Below are positions 23,042 through 33,066 of a stretch of DNA of 64,000 nucleotides, one piece after another. The stretch lies in NCBI RefSeq assembly GCF_049977125.1, contig NZ_JBMFGY010000005.1:5965-69964 (forward strand), in the 5' to 3' direction. The DNA comes from Acidiphilium sp. GTDB lineage: Bacteria > Pseudomonadota > Alphaproteobacteria > Acetobacterales > Acetobacteraceae. The translations under genes and the position numbers were made by a program. Each line of letters starts with the position of its first letter. Positions within the stretch are counted from its first letter, which is position 1. The notes beneath the pieces are model-generated. The model did no database searches and had not been told where the DNA came from. It saw nothing but the letters and a program-made list of their open reading frames with translations.

Positions 23042-23704
23042 TCAGGCGGCTTCCTGCTTGGCGACCCTGGCGGTCTGATCCGACGGGCCGGTGGGCTTGT
23101 GGGCCATCACCTCATCGACCAGGCCAAAAACCTTGGCCTCATCGGCGGACATGAACCGGTCGCGTTCCAGCGCCTGCTCGATATCCTCAAGGGTCTGGCC
23201 GGTGTGCGTCACATAGATATCGTTGAGGCGGCGGCGCAGCGTGAGGATCTCGCGGGCCTGGATTTCGATGTCGGCGGCCTGACCCTGGGCACCGCCGGAG
23301 GGCTGGTGGACCATGATCCGTGCGTTGGGCAGGGCGAAGCGCTTACCCTTCTCACCGGCTGCCAGCAGAAGGCTGCCCATCGAGGCGGCCTGACCGATGC
23401 ATACGGTCGAGACCGGCGATTTGATGTATTGCATCGTGTCGTAGATCGCGAGGCCGGCGGAAACAACGCCGCCGGGACTGTTGATATAGAAGGAAATATC
23501 CTTCGACGGGTTTTCGCTTTCCAGAAACAGCAATTGTGCTGCGATCAGCGAGCCGACCTGATCATAGACCGTGCCGGTCAGGAAGATGATGCGCTCCTTG
23601 AGCAGCCGGGAGAAAATATCGTAGGAGCGCTCGCCGCGGGCGGTCTGTTCGACGACCATCGGCACCAGGCTGTTCATGTAAATCTCGGTCGGGTCGCGTT
23701 CCAT
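23042..23704 (-). CDS. clpP: ATP-dependent Clp protease proteolytic subunit
   Basis: The ORF was trimmed to the ATG at 23704 ([35 protein letters not shown]...). The catalytic Ser sits in the GQAASMGS context. Length is 220 aa. Confidence 0.92.
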   Translation of the reverse strand: MERDPTEIYMNSLVPMVVEQTARGERSYDIFSRLLKERIIFLTGTVYDQVGSLIAAQLLFLESENPSKDISFYINSPGGVVSAGLAIYDTMQYIKSPVSTVCIGQAASMGSLLLAAGEKGKRFALPNARIMVHQPSGGAQGQAADIEIQAREILTLRRRLNDIYVTHTGQTLEDIEQALERDRFMSADEAKVFGLVDEVMAHKPTGPSDQTARVAKQEAA

Positions 23705-23860
23705 CGGCGTCTGTCTCCTGGTTGCGGGCCGGAGCCGCCGCACCCGCATGAACTGTCTTTTACCTGTCAACCGCCTACCGCCTCACCGAGGCCGGAATCG
23801 CGATCACAGGGGCTTAAGATGACCCGAGATCGGGTTGGCGTAAACCCCTGCCCGGCGCGA

Positions 23861-25183
23861 TCAATCCTCGTCGTCGGCGAACAATGCCTCAATCGTGACT
23901 TCCTCATCGGTCACCGTCGCGAGTTCGAGGGCGTAATCGACGACTTTATCCTCGAAAATCGGTCCGCGCAGACGATCCATCGCGCGCGGGTTTTTCTGGT
24001 AGAAATCGATGATCATTTTTTCCTGGCCCGGAAACTGCTGCATCTCGTTGATCATCGCCTGGCGCATATCCTGCTCGGTCACCTGGACATTGGTGCTGCG
24101 GCCAATTTCGGCAACGAGCAGGCCGAGTCGCACTCGACGATCGGCGATGGCGCGATATTCGGCCCTCAACGTGTCTTCATCCTTGGCGGCGTCTTCGGCA
24201 TCGAGACGGCCGGCGGCGCGTTCGGACTCGACCTGACGCCAGATTTCGGCGAACTCGGCCTCAACAAGGGTTTCAGGGGCGGCGAAATCGGCCTGTTTCG
24301 CCAATTCGTCGAGCAAGGCGCGCTTGACCTTCATGCGGCTCGCGCCGGCACGCTGCTGCTCGATCCGGTCCTTGAAGAATTTGCGGAATTCTTCAAGATT
24401 TTCAAAGCCATTGGCTTCGGCGAACGCATCGTCGATCACGGGCGCCACCTTGCGCTTGAGTGCCTTGACCGTGATATCGAAGGTGACGTCTTTGCCGGCA
24501 AGATTGGCTGCGTGATATTCCGCCGGGAACGTGACGTTGATGACTTTGGATTCGCCGGCCGACATGCCCTCGATTTGCTCGGCAAAGCCCGGAATGAAGC
24601 CGTTGCCGCCGATTTCGACATTGGCGTCCTGTGCGGCGCCACCCTCGAACGGCGTACCGTCGAGCTTGCCGAGAAAATCGACGGTGACGATGTCACCCGT
24701 CGCGGCGGGACGGACCTCCTCGATGGTTTCCATCGTGGCGCGCTGTTCGGCGAATTTGGCGATCGCCTCATCGACCTCGGAATCGGAAACCGGTGCGGTC
24801 GGGCGCGTGAGGGTGAGGGACTTGAGATCGGGGATCGCGACATCAGGCAGGATTTCCATCTCGACCTTGAACTCGAGATCGGCATCGGTGCCCGGATTGA
24901 CCACCTCGACTTTGGGCGACACGGCGGGGCGCAGGCTGCGTTCAGCCATCATCTGGTCGGTCGCCTCGTTGACCGAGGCTTCGAGAATTTCGGCATCGAC
25001 CGCCTGGCCGAATCGCTTGCGCACCATCGAAAGCGGCACTTTGCCCGGACGGAACCCCGGCATCTGCATCGTCCTCGACAATTCGGCGAGGCGTTTTTCA
25101 CGCTTTTCGCTCAGATCGGCGCTCGGAATGACCACGGTGAAGCCGCGCTTCAGACCTTCGGTCAGGGTTTCGGTAACCTGCAT
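23861..25183 (-). CDS. tig: Trigger factor
   Basis: The ORF was trimmed to the ATG at 25183 (MQVTETLTEGLKRGFTV...). It has the GFRPGKVP ribosome-binding motif. Length is 440 aa. It follows the conserved tig-clpP-clpX-lon order. Confidence 0.9.
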   Translation of the reverse strand: MQVTETLTEGLKRGFTVVIPSADLSEKREKRLAELSRTMQMPGFRPGKVPLSMVRKRFGQAVDAEILEASVNEATDQMMAERSLRPAVSPKVEVVNPGTDADLEFKVEMEILPDVAIPDLKSLTLTRPTAPVSDSEVDEAIAKFAEQRATMETIEEVRPAATGDIVTVDFLGKLDGTPFEGGAAQDANVEIGGNGFIPGFAEQIEGMSAGESKVINVTFPAEYHAANLAGKDVTFDITVKALKRKVAPVIDDAFAEANGFENLEEFRKFFKDRIEQQRAGASRMKVKRALLDELAKQADFAAPETLVEAEFAEIWRQVESERAAGRLDAEDAAKDEDTLRAEYRAIADRRVRLGLLVAEIGRSTNVQVTEQDMRQAMINEMQQFPGQEKMIIDFYQKNPRAMDRLRGPIFEDKVVDYALELATVTDEEVTIEALFADDED

Positions 25184-25219
25184 ATCGAACAAAATCCTTA
25201 CGTTACGCCTATAGAAAAA

Positions 25220-25301
<82 letters not shown>

Positions 25302-25400
25302 CCGAACGAACACCAGCCCCCGTGTGCGGTTGCTCACGCGGGTTCTCGCGGCGCACCTAGCGCGGATTGCCGCCCCCGACAAGCGAGAGCGGCGCCACGG

Positions 25401-27359
25401 TCAGAACTTATAGCGCAACCCGGCGGTGACCATGCGCTGATCGCCGTTCGAACGGGCGAAGGTGCTGGCAAGATCGACCGTGGCGGCGAGCCGGCCGGTC
25501 ACTGCGGCGCTAAGTCCGAGATCGGCGACGCCCCAGGTCGTCGCCTGGTTCGGGTAGGTCGTGGTCAGGCCGACCAGCGGTTCGTCGGTGAACACGCTGG
25601 CGAAACTGCCGCCACTGCCGCCGACTTCGCTTTGCAATTCGATCGACCCATGGGGCGTGATCGACAAGCTGCCGAGATGCCCCGCCGCCGAAGCCGCGAT
25701 GCCGGCGTCAAACAGCGCACGCGATAGCGACTGATTCTGCACCGCCATGGTCAGCGCCGGATCGCCCTGCTCGGTGTAGGCGCCGATATTGGCTTCAACC
25801 GCATCGAATCCGACCACCGGACCATAGGTCAGCGTGCCGCGATGGAACAGATAGCCGGCATTGGCGACGACGCTGACCGTGTGGCCATTTGGTGTCGCGG
25901 TGATCGGGGCGAGCACGCCGGGGCGGCTGATCTGGTTGAACTGATCGACGCCGTAATCGACCTGGCCATCGGCAAACAGATGACGCGATTGCGCCATGAC
26001 GTAGCCGGCGAATTGATAGGCATTGGCGTGGATGGTCTCCCCGCCGTTCACCGTTGCGCTGTCGGTGCCGTAGCCGAACGCGATACCGGCGGCGATATGC
26101 GGGTTGAACCGGTAGTCGGCGCCGCCGGTGACAGTGCCGATATTATCGGTGAAGCCAAGATTGCCCGGCGCATTGGTGCGGCTGCCGTAGTCGTAATTAC
26201 CGGTTACATAGACCGACAGGCGGTGATCGCCGCCCGCCCCCATCGGCCCGGTATCCCCCATCGCGGCGTCGGCGAGCATCGGGGCGGAGGGCAGATTGAT
26301 CGAAAGACCGCCCGCGCCCTCGCGCAACGCTTCCATGCGGGCGGTCACCGAAGCCGAGAAGGCTTGCGCGCCGGTGGCGAGCAGACGGGCCGGAACCGAT
26401 AGGGAGTCGAACCCGTTCAGGGCGCTGGCGACATATTCCGCGATGATGAGATGACTATGCGTGGTCGGATGCACGTTCCACCATTGGTAGGTGTTTTGCA
26501 CCGACAACGGCGCGGCGACGCAGCTTGGCGTGTCGAGACAGGCCGAGGTTGTGTTGGAAATGCCATAAGCGCCGGGATTGGCATCGATTTCAGCGGAGAT
26601 CTGCTGTTGGTTGATCAATAGAATATTCAGGCCGAGTTTCTGATGCAGTGTCGCCGCGACCTGACTCAGGCCGGCGTTATGGGCGCCGATGATCGCATCG
26701 CCGAGCGCGACCTGCTGCGGCGTATCGTTGACCGTGGGCACGTTTCCAAACGGAACCAGGTTCTGAAGAATGATTTGCCGCGCGCCGAGTTGACCGACCG
26801 CCTCGATCGCCTGCGCCGTCTGTTGCAGCACCGTACTGACGTTCTGCGTGACGATCTGCTGGGCGTTCGCCGGATTTTCGGCCACCAACGCCTCGGTTAA
26901 AAAATAATTGTTGCCGCCGATCCAGATCCCGACAACATCGGATGGTGAAAAATGGCCGCCGGTCGCCGCGAAACTCTGGATTTCCTGCAACTCGTTGGGT
27001 AACGCGGGAAAGGCCGGGTCGGAAAAGTTGATATAATTATTATAGACTTGTCCGTTTGCTTCAAGCGGCCCACTGAGCGCGCCACCGACGGCGTAATCGT
27101 TCGAGGCCTTGAACCCCAGCCCCGTCAGGGCCGGTAGATACTCGGCCCAGACCGGCCCGTTCGAAAAGCGATATCCTGAATAGGGCGGCGATGGTGGGTA
27201 GAGGATACCGGTCAGGCGCGGAATATTGCCATTATCGCTCAGGCTGTCACCAAAGACATAGAGACTGCCGGGCGCTTGCGCCCGGGCGAGCGGCGCGGCC
27301 ACAGCGATGGCGAGAGCAGACGCGGCAAAGCCGCCCATCAGAGCTGTCTTGAAAGTCAT
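25401..27359 (-). CDS. SGNH/GDSL esterase-lipase autotransporter (EstA-like)
   Basis: 652 aa with a signal peptide ending ...PLARAQA and GDSL block I (YVFGDSLSDNGN). The C-terminal third is beta-barrel-like and ends in the typical ...GLRYKF. Confidence 0.8.
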   Translation of the reverse strand: MTFKTALMGGFAASALAIAVAAPLARAQAPGSLYVFGDSLSDNGNIPRLTGILYPPSPPYSGYRFSNGPVWAEYLPALTGLGFKASNDYAVGGALSGPLEANGQVYNNYINFSDPAFPALPNELQEIQSFAATGGHFSPSDVVGIWIGGNNYFLTEALVAENPANAQQIVTQNVSTVLQQTAQAIEAVGQLGARQIILQNLVPFGNVPTVNDTPQQVALGDAIIGAHNAGLSQVAATLHQKLGLNILLINQQQISAEIDANPGAYGISNTTSACLDTPSCVAAPLSVQNTYQWWNVHPTTHSHLIIAEYVASALNGFDSLSVPARLLATGAQAFSASVTARMEALREGAGGLSINLPSAPMLADAAMGDTGPMGAGGDHRLSVYVTGNYDYGSRTNAPGNLGFTDNIGTVTGGADYRFNPHIAAGIAFGYGTDSATVNGGETIHANAYQFAGYVMAQSRHLFADGQVDYGVDQFNQISRPGVLAPITATPNGHTVSVVANAGYLFHRGTLTYGPVVGFDAVEANIGAYTEQGDPALTMAVQNQSLSRALFDAGIAASAAGHLGSLSITPHGSIELQSEVGGSGGSFASVFTDEPLVGLTTTYPNQATTWGVADLGLSAAVTGRLAATVDLASTFARSNGDQRMVTAGLRYKF

Positions 27360-27384
27360 GTTTCACTCCCTTGCGCTATCGAAC

Positions 27385-27402
27385 GTTGTCGTTAACGATA
27401 AC
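27385..27402. promoter_or_regulatory. Palindromic candidate operator upstream of the esterase autotransporter
   Basis: GTTGTCGTTAACGATAAC has a perfect 10-bp core TCGTTAACGA (27389-27398). It lies 26-43 nt upstream of the ATG at 27359. Confidence 0.3.
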
Positions 27403-27520
27403 AGATGTGCGCTAGGGGTCAGACTCGCGTCAATCGGTGTTTACGCAGGAAACCGCGGTGATGACGATTTGGTAACCGAGTGTTGCATCTCTGCCATGCT
27501 CGTGAAGGTGTGAAACTTGA

Positions 27521-30358
27521 TCACGCCGGCGCGCGGTCGCGGGCGGCATCCTCCGGTCGATCCGCCAGCGAGGCGATCAGGGCGGTGCGCAATTGCGCGA
27601 GTTTACGCTCGTTTTCCACTTTCAGGCCGAACACGTCCTTCACATAAAACACGTCCACCGCGCGGACGCCGTAGGTGGTGATGTGGGCCGAGGCGATCTG
27701 CAGCCCCTGCGCGCTGATGGCGGCCGTGACATCGTGCAGCAGACCGGGCCGGTCGCGACCATTGATTTCGATCACGGTGTGACGATTCGAGGCGCTGTTG
27801 TCGACCACGACACGGGGCGGGACATGGATGGCGCGCATGCGGCCACTGACCACGCTGCGACCGGCTTTGCGGATTTCGGCCGAGAGGCGCAGACGACCGG
27901 ACAGAACCTGTTCGATCAAGGCGGATACCCGGGCCAGGCGGTGCGGCGCATCGAGCGGACCGCCCCCGGCATCCTGAATCCAGAACGTATCGAGCGCCAT
28001 GCCGTCGGTCATGGTATGGATGCGGGCATCGACGATCGAGGCGCCGGCGACGGCGAGCGCCCCGGCGATGCGGCTGAACAGGCCGGCATGATCGGCGGTA
28101 TAGACCACGACCTCGGTTACCGCGCGAGCGGGCAGCGGCACGGTGGAGACGACAAGCGGCATTTTGCGCGTGCGCGCATCCTGGATCAGGCGACCGTGAC
28201 GGGCAATGCTGTCGGGGTCGAAGCTCAACCAGTAGCCGGGATAGCCCATGCCGAGAAATTGTTCACGATCGGCGGCCGGCCAATCGGCAAGCAACTCGCC
28301 GACCATTTGCTTGACCCGCGCGACGCGGACATCGCGCTCCGTGGTGGCAAGACCGCCCTCGAGCACTTCGGCGACGCGGGCGTAGATCTCGCGCAGGAGA
28401 GTCGCTTTCCAGCCGTTCCAGACCTTGGGCGAAACGGCCCGGATATCAGCCACCGTGAGAATGAGCAGCAGGCGCAGACGTTCGGGCGATTGGACCACAT
28501 CGGCAACGTCGAGAATGGTTTTGGGATCGTCGATGTCGCGGGAGAAGGCGGTCTGGCTGAGCAGCAGATGGTGCAGCACGAGCCAGGAGACCATTTCGGT
28601 TTCCTCGGGCTCGAGACCCAACGCGGGGCCGATGGTGAGCGCGAGTTCGGCGCCAATTTCGGAATGATCGCCCCCCCTGCCCTTCGCGATGTCGTGGATC
28701 AGCAGGGCGACGTAGAGTGCCCGGCGCGATTGCAGGTGCTGCGCGATGCCGCTGGCGACCGGCAGGGTCTCGGCGAGATCGCCCCGTTCGATCGCGTTGA
28801 GGACGCTGATCGCCTGGATCGTGTGCATATCGACGGTGAAGACATGATAGGAATCAAATTGCATCTGACCGACGATGCGTCGCCAGTCGGGCAGGTAGCG
28901 ACCGAGAGCGCCGGTTTCGTTCAGGATGGTGAGCCAGACGGCGCCATCCGACGTGGGTTCAGTGGCACCGCAGAGCAGATCGAGAAAGAGCGCCGCCGCC
29001 GCGGGATTGCCGCGTAGTTCGGCGGTTCGTCGGGCACCGCGGATCATGGCACGCAGTGAGAGAGGGTGCAGCGTCAGCGCACGGTCGCGCGCGAAGCGCA
29101 GAATGCGGAACAATTGCAGCGGTTCGGCCATCGGCTCGCGACCCGGGGCGAACAGAATTTTGCCATCGGCCAGAACAAACCCGGCGTCCGCGAGTTCGGC
29201 ATCCGTCGCGGCGGCGATCGCGGGGGGGCCGAGGGCGGCGCGGATGACCGCGGGTTCCAGAACGCCGGTGACGCGCGCAACCTCGCGCACGACCAGGAAA
29301 TAATGACGCATGAAGCGTTCGACGCCGTCCTGCCGCCCATGGCGGGTGTATCCCATGCGGGCCCCGATCACGGGTTGCAGGTCGAAGGTCAGGCGCTCCT
29401 CGGCACGGCCGGCGACGTAATGCAGGTGGAACCGCACGGTCCAGAGATAGTCCCATGCGCGTTTGCAGGCGCGCGCCTCGGACTCACTCAGGATGCCCCC
29501 ACCGGGTGCCGAGGCCCCGACCAGTTCGGTCATGGCGAACGTGCCGAATACATACCGGGCGACCCAGTACAGGGTCTGGAGGTCGCGCAGCCCGCCTTTG
29601 CCCTCCTTGATGTTGGGTTCGACCATGAAGGGGGTATCGCCGAAACGTTTGTGGCGGGTGGCGCGCTCTTCCTGCTTGGCCGCGATATAGCCGGCGGGAC
29701 TGTCCGCGGCACAATCCGCGCGGAATGCGATCTGGAAATGGGCGAACAAGGCGCGGTCGCCGGCGATGCACCTTGCGTCGAGCAGCGAGGTGCGGATGGT
29801 GATGTCTCCTTGCGCCTCAGTGAGACAATCGGCGGTCGAGCGTGTGGCATGCCCGACTTTGAGACCGAGATCCCACAGGAAATACAGGGTGAATTCGACC
29901 GCGCGCTCCACCCGTGCCGAGGGTTCATGATCGGTGAGGAACAGCAGATCGATGTCGCTGAACGGCGCCAGCGTCGCGCGGCCGTAACCGCCGGTGGCGG
30001 CGATGGCGAGGCGGTCGTCGGACTCGATCGGCAGCAGATCGAGCGTATAGCCGATCAGGGCGCCGATGAATTCGTCCATCAGCCCCGAGAGAAGGCGCGA
30101 GGCGGTGAGGCCGCCGAGATTTCCCCGCTCGAAGCGGGCCTGCACATGGGCCTGTAACCGGCCGAGCTGGCGGCGGAACACGCCGAGAGCAAGATCGCGT
30201 GGCGGCGGTGCCGCTTTGGGGATCAGCGTTGCAAGAACCGCCGCGATATTCGGTCGGTCTGCTTCGGCATCGGCGACGACGGGAAGGTCGGCCTGGGAAT
30301 GGGGCAGGCCACCCGTGGCGAAGAATGGCTGGTTGATGAGATCGGACATGTCAGTCAT
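27521..30358 (-). CDS. glnD: [Protein-PII] uridylyltransferase/uridylyl-removing enzyme
   Basis: 945 aa with a nucleotidyltransferase N-domain (GGYGRATLAPFSDIDLLF), an HD domain (HDIAKGRGGDHSE) and two C-terminal ACT-like repeats. The ATG at 30349 is an alternative start that would remove the 8-nt overlap with mutS. Confidence 0.9.
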   Translation of the reverse strand: MTDMSDLINQPFFATGGLPHSQADLPVVADAEADRPNIAAVLATLIPKAAPPPRDLALGVFRRQLGRLQAHVQARFERGNLGGLTASRLLSGLMDEFIGALIGYTLDLLPIESDDRLAIAATGGYGRATLAPFSDIDLLFLTDHEPSARVERAVEFTLYFLWDLGLKVGHATRSTADCLTEAQGDITIRTSLLDARCIAGDRALFAHFQIAFRADCAADSPAGYIAAKQEERATRHKRFGDTPFMVEPNIKEGKGGLRDLQTLYWVARYVFGTFAMTELVGASAPGGGILSESEARACKRAWDYLWTVRFHLHYVAGRAEERLTFDLQPVIGARMGYTRHGRQDGVERFMRHYFLVVREVARVTGVLEPAVIRAALGPPAIAAATDAELADAGFVLADGKILFAPGREPMAEPLQLFRILRFARDRALTLHPLSLRAMIRGARRTAELRGNPAAAALFLDLLCGATEPTSDGAVWLTILNETGALGRYLPDWRRIVGQMQFDSYHVFTVDMHTIQAISVLNAIERGDLAETLPVASGIAQHLQSRRALYVALLIHDIAKGRGGDHSEIGAELALTIGPALGLEPEETEMVSWLVLHHLLLSQTAFSRDIDDPKTILDVADVVQSPERLRLLLILTVADIRAVSPKVWNGWKATLLREIYARVAEVLEGGLATTERDVRVARVKQMVGELLADWPAADREQFLGMGYPGYWLSFDPDSIARHGRLIQDARTRKMPLVVSTVPLPARAVTEVVVYTADHAGLFSRIAGALAVAGASIVDARIHTMTDGMALDTFWIQDAGGGPLDAPHRLARVSALIEQVLSGRLRLSAEIRKAGRSVVSGRMRAIHVPPRVVVDNSASNRHTVIEINGRDRPGLLHDVTAAISAQGLQIASAHITTYGVRAVDVFYVKDVFGLKVENERKLAQLRTALIASLADRPEDAARDRAPA

Positions 30359-33005
30359 TCTCTACCGCGCCTTGCGCGCCATCGCCAAGAAACTTTCGGC
30401 GCCACGCATAAATAAGGTCGAGCGCCTGACGCGGCGTGAGTTGATCGGGTGAGGCGGCGGCGAGCGCCTCGCGCCAGGACGTCGCCTCGGGATCTGGCGG
30501 TGGCGCCGCTTCATCGAGACCGGCGAACAGCGGCAGCGGTGGTGCCGCGCCGCGCCCGCGCTCAGCGGCGCGCAGCAGCACATCGGCACGGCGCACCACA
30601 CCCTCCGGCACCCCGGCAAGTTTGGCGACATGCACGCCCCAGCTTCGTTCCGCAGCACCCTCGATCACCTCGTGCAAAAACACTACCTCGCCATGCCATG
30701 ATTTCACCCGCATCGTACAAGGGTGGAGCCGTGGCAACGCGCCACCCAGTTGAATCAGATCATGAAAATGTGTCGCGAAAATGGTTCGGCAGCGCACCTG
30801 TCCGTGCAGCGCCTCGAGTACTGCCTGCGCAATCGCCAAACCATCGCGCGTACCGGTACCGCGACCGATTTCATCGATGATGACGAAACTGCGCGGCCCG
30901 GCCTGATGCAGGATGGCGGCGGTTTCGATCATTTCGACCATGAAGGTTGAACGACCGGCGGCGAGATCGTCGGCGGCGCCGACGCGCGAGAACAACCGAT
31001 CGACCAGGCCGATCCGCGCGGCATCGGCCGGCACCGGCAGGCCAGCCTGGGCGAGGATGATGATCAGGGCGTTCTGGCGCAGGAAGGTCGATTTGCCGGC
31101 CATGTTCGGGCCGGTCAGCAGCATGAGCCGCCGGGCGGGCGAGAGATCAGCGTCGTTGGCGATATACGGCACCCCGGGCGGCAGCGCCGCCTCGACCACC
31201 GGGTGGCGGCCGGCCTCGATGGTGAAATCATGTTCGGTGGTCAGGCACGGGGCGACCCAGCGGCCGTTTTGCGCAAGACTAGCCGCGGATTGCAAGGCAT
31301 CGAGGCGGGCCAGCGCGTCCGCACAGGCGGCAAGCGCCTCCTGCACGGCCATGACACGGTGCAACAGGTGATCGAGCACCAGGGCCTCCCGCGTGGCGGC
31401 GCGCTCATGCGCTTCGGCGATGCGGCGGTCGAGTTCGGAGAGTTCCGGTTGGGTGAAGCGGGCGGCGGCGGCCAGGCCCTGGCGCAGGATGAGTTCGGGG
31501 AATGCGCGCAGGGCCGCGACCGCGCTGGAGGGTGCTTCGAGCACATAGCCGAGTTGATGATGATGGCGCACTTTGAGACTGGCGACACCGTATTTCGAGG
31601 CGAGCTCGATCTGCAGCGCGGCAATCACCTGTCGGGTGTCATCGCGCAGACGGCGTTCACCATCGAGTTCGCCGTCGAATCCGGGGGCGATCGACGGGGC
31701 GTCGCCGGGGCGTTGAGGGGGGGTATCGACCAGGGCGCGGCACAACAGATCGGTGAGTTCGGCCGATGGATCGAGGGCGAGCGCATCGGCGGCGAGCGGG
31801 TGGGTCGGGTCGGTGCTGGCGGCCGGAAGCGCGGCGCGCAGCGCGGCGGCGGCGGACAGGGCGTCGCGTACCTGGGCCAGATCGCGCGGCGCGAGGCGTC
31901 CGGATTTGCCGGCCGCGAGGCTGAGACGGGCGAGGGCGCGGGCGAGATCGGGCGCGCCGCGCAGAGCGTGGCGGATCGCTTGCAGGCAATCAGGCTCGAT
32001 CAGAAGGCTCTGCCAACCGGATTGGCGGGCACGCAGCGGTTCGATCGCATCGAGCGGTTCGGCGATCCAGCGGGCGAGATGACGCGCGCCGGCGGCGCTT
32101 ACCGTGCGTCTGATCGCACCGAACAGGCTGCCGGCTTCGCCGCCATCGCGGGTGCGCAGCAGATCGAGGCTGGCGCGGGTGGCGGCGTCCATCGCGAGCA
32201 GCCCGGCCTCACCCGCGCGCACCGGATGGCCGATGCGCGGCAGATTACCGCCCTGGCTGCGCTCGATGTAACGCAACGCCATCGCGGCGGCCTGCGACTC
32301 GAGATCGCTGAAGGCTCCGAATGCATCGATCGACGCAACGGCAAAGACGCGGGCGAGGTGGCGACGCGCGATGGCGGGGGGCGGGGGCGGATCGGTTTGG
32401 GCGCGGCGGACGGCCAGGGCGCCGAGATCGGCTTGATCGGAAGCCAGGATTTCGGCGGGGTCGAGCCTTGCGAGCAGGGCCGGCAAATCGACGCGTGCGA
32501 TCAAGGCCGTGTCGAAGGCGGCGGTCGAGACATCGATCCAGGCGGCGCCGATTTGCGCGTCATCCGGCACGAGTGCGACCAGAAGGTTTGATCGGCCGGC
32601 CTCGAGCAGGGCTTCCTCGGTGATGGTGCCGGGCGTGATCAGTCGCACCACGGCGCGCTCGATCAGGGACTTGCCACCCGCTGTCTTTGCCGCGCGCGCG
32701 CGGGCGGCCTCGGGTGCCTCGATCTGCTCGGCAATGGCGATCCGAAAGCCACGTTTGACCAGGCGGCCCAGATAGACGTCGCGCTGCGCGACGGGAACGC
32801 CGCACATGCGGATCGGTGCGCCCTGGTGGGTACCGCGCGCGGTCAGGGCGATGTCCAGCGCCGCGGACGCGGCTTCGGCATCGTCGAAGAACAGCTCATA
32901 GAAATCGCCCATGCGAAAAAAAATCAGCGCATCCGGGTATTCGGCCTTCGCTGCAAACCATTGCGCCATGGCGGGGGTTGCGCCGGCGGCGCGATCGAGA
33001 TCCAT
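30351..33005 (-). CDS. mutS: DNA mismatch repair protein MutS
   Basis: 884 aa with the N-terminal mismatch-recognition motif (FFRMGDFYELFFDDA) and Walker A GPNMAGKSTF. Confidence 0.93.
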   Translation of the reverse strand: MDLDRAAGATPAMAQWFAAKAEYPDALIFFRMGDFYELFFDDAEAASAALDIALTARGTHQGAPIRMCGVPVAQRDVYLGRLVKRGFRIAIAEQIEAPEAARARAAKTAGGKSLIERAVVRLITPGTITEEALLEAGRSNLLVALVPDDAQIGAAWIDVSTAAFDTALIARVDLPALLARLDPAEILASDQADLGALAVRRAQTDPPPPPAIARRHLARVFAVASIDAFGAFSDLESQAAAMALRYIERSQGGNLPRIGHPVRAGEAGLLAMDAATRASLDLLRTRDGGEAGSLFGAIRRTVSAAGARHLARWIAEPLDAIEPLRARQSGWQSLLIEPDCLQAIRHALRGAPDLARALARLSLAAGKSGRLAPRDLAQVRDALSAAAALRAALPAASTDPTHPLAADALALDPSAELTDLLCRALVDTPPQRPGDAPSIAPGFDGELDGERRLRDDTRQVIAALQIELASKYGVASLKVRHHHQLGYVLEAPSSAVAALRAFPELILRQGLAAAARFTQPELSELDRRIAEAHERAATREALVLDHLLHRVMAVQEALAACADALARLDALQSAASLAQNGRWVAPCLTTEHDFTIEAGRHPVVEAALPPGVPYIANDADLSPARRLMLLTGPNMAGKSTFLRQNALIIILAQAGLPVPADAARIGLVDRLFSRVGAADDLAAGRSTFMVEMIETAAILHQAGPRSFVIIDEIGRGTGTRDGLAIAQAVLEALHGQVRCRTIFATHFHDLIQLGGALPRLHPCTMRVKSWHGEVVFLHEVIEGAAERSWGVHVAKLAGVPEGVVRRADVLLRAAERGRGAAPPLPLFAGLDEAAPPPDPEATSWREALAAASPDQLTPRQALDLIYAWRRKFLGDGAQGAVEND

Positions 33006-33066
33006 AATCCGATACTAATCGAGGCGCGCGCTGCTGCGAAGCGCCGATTGCTGGCCGGCGGACGAG

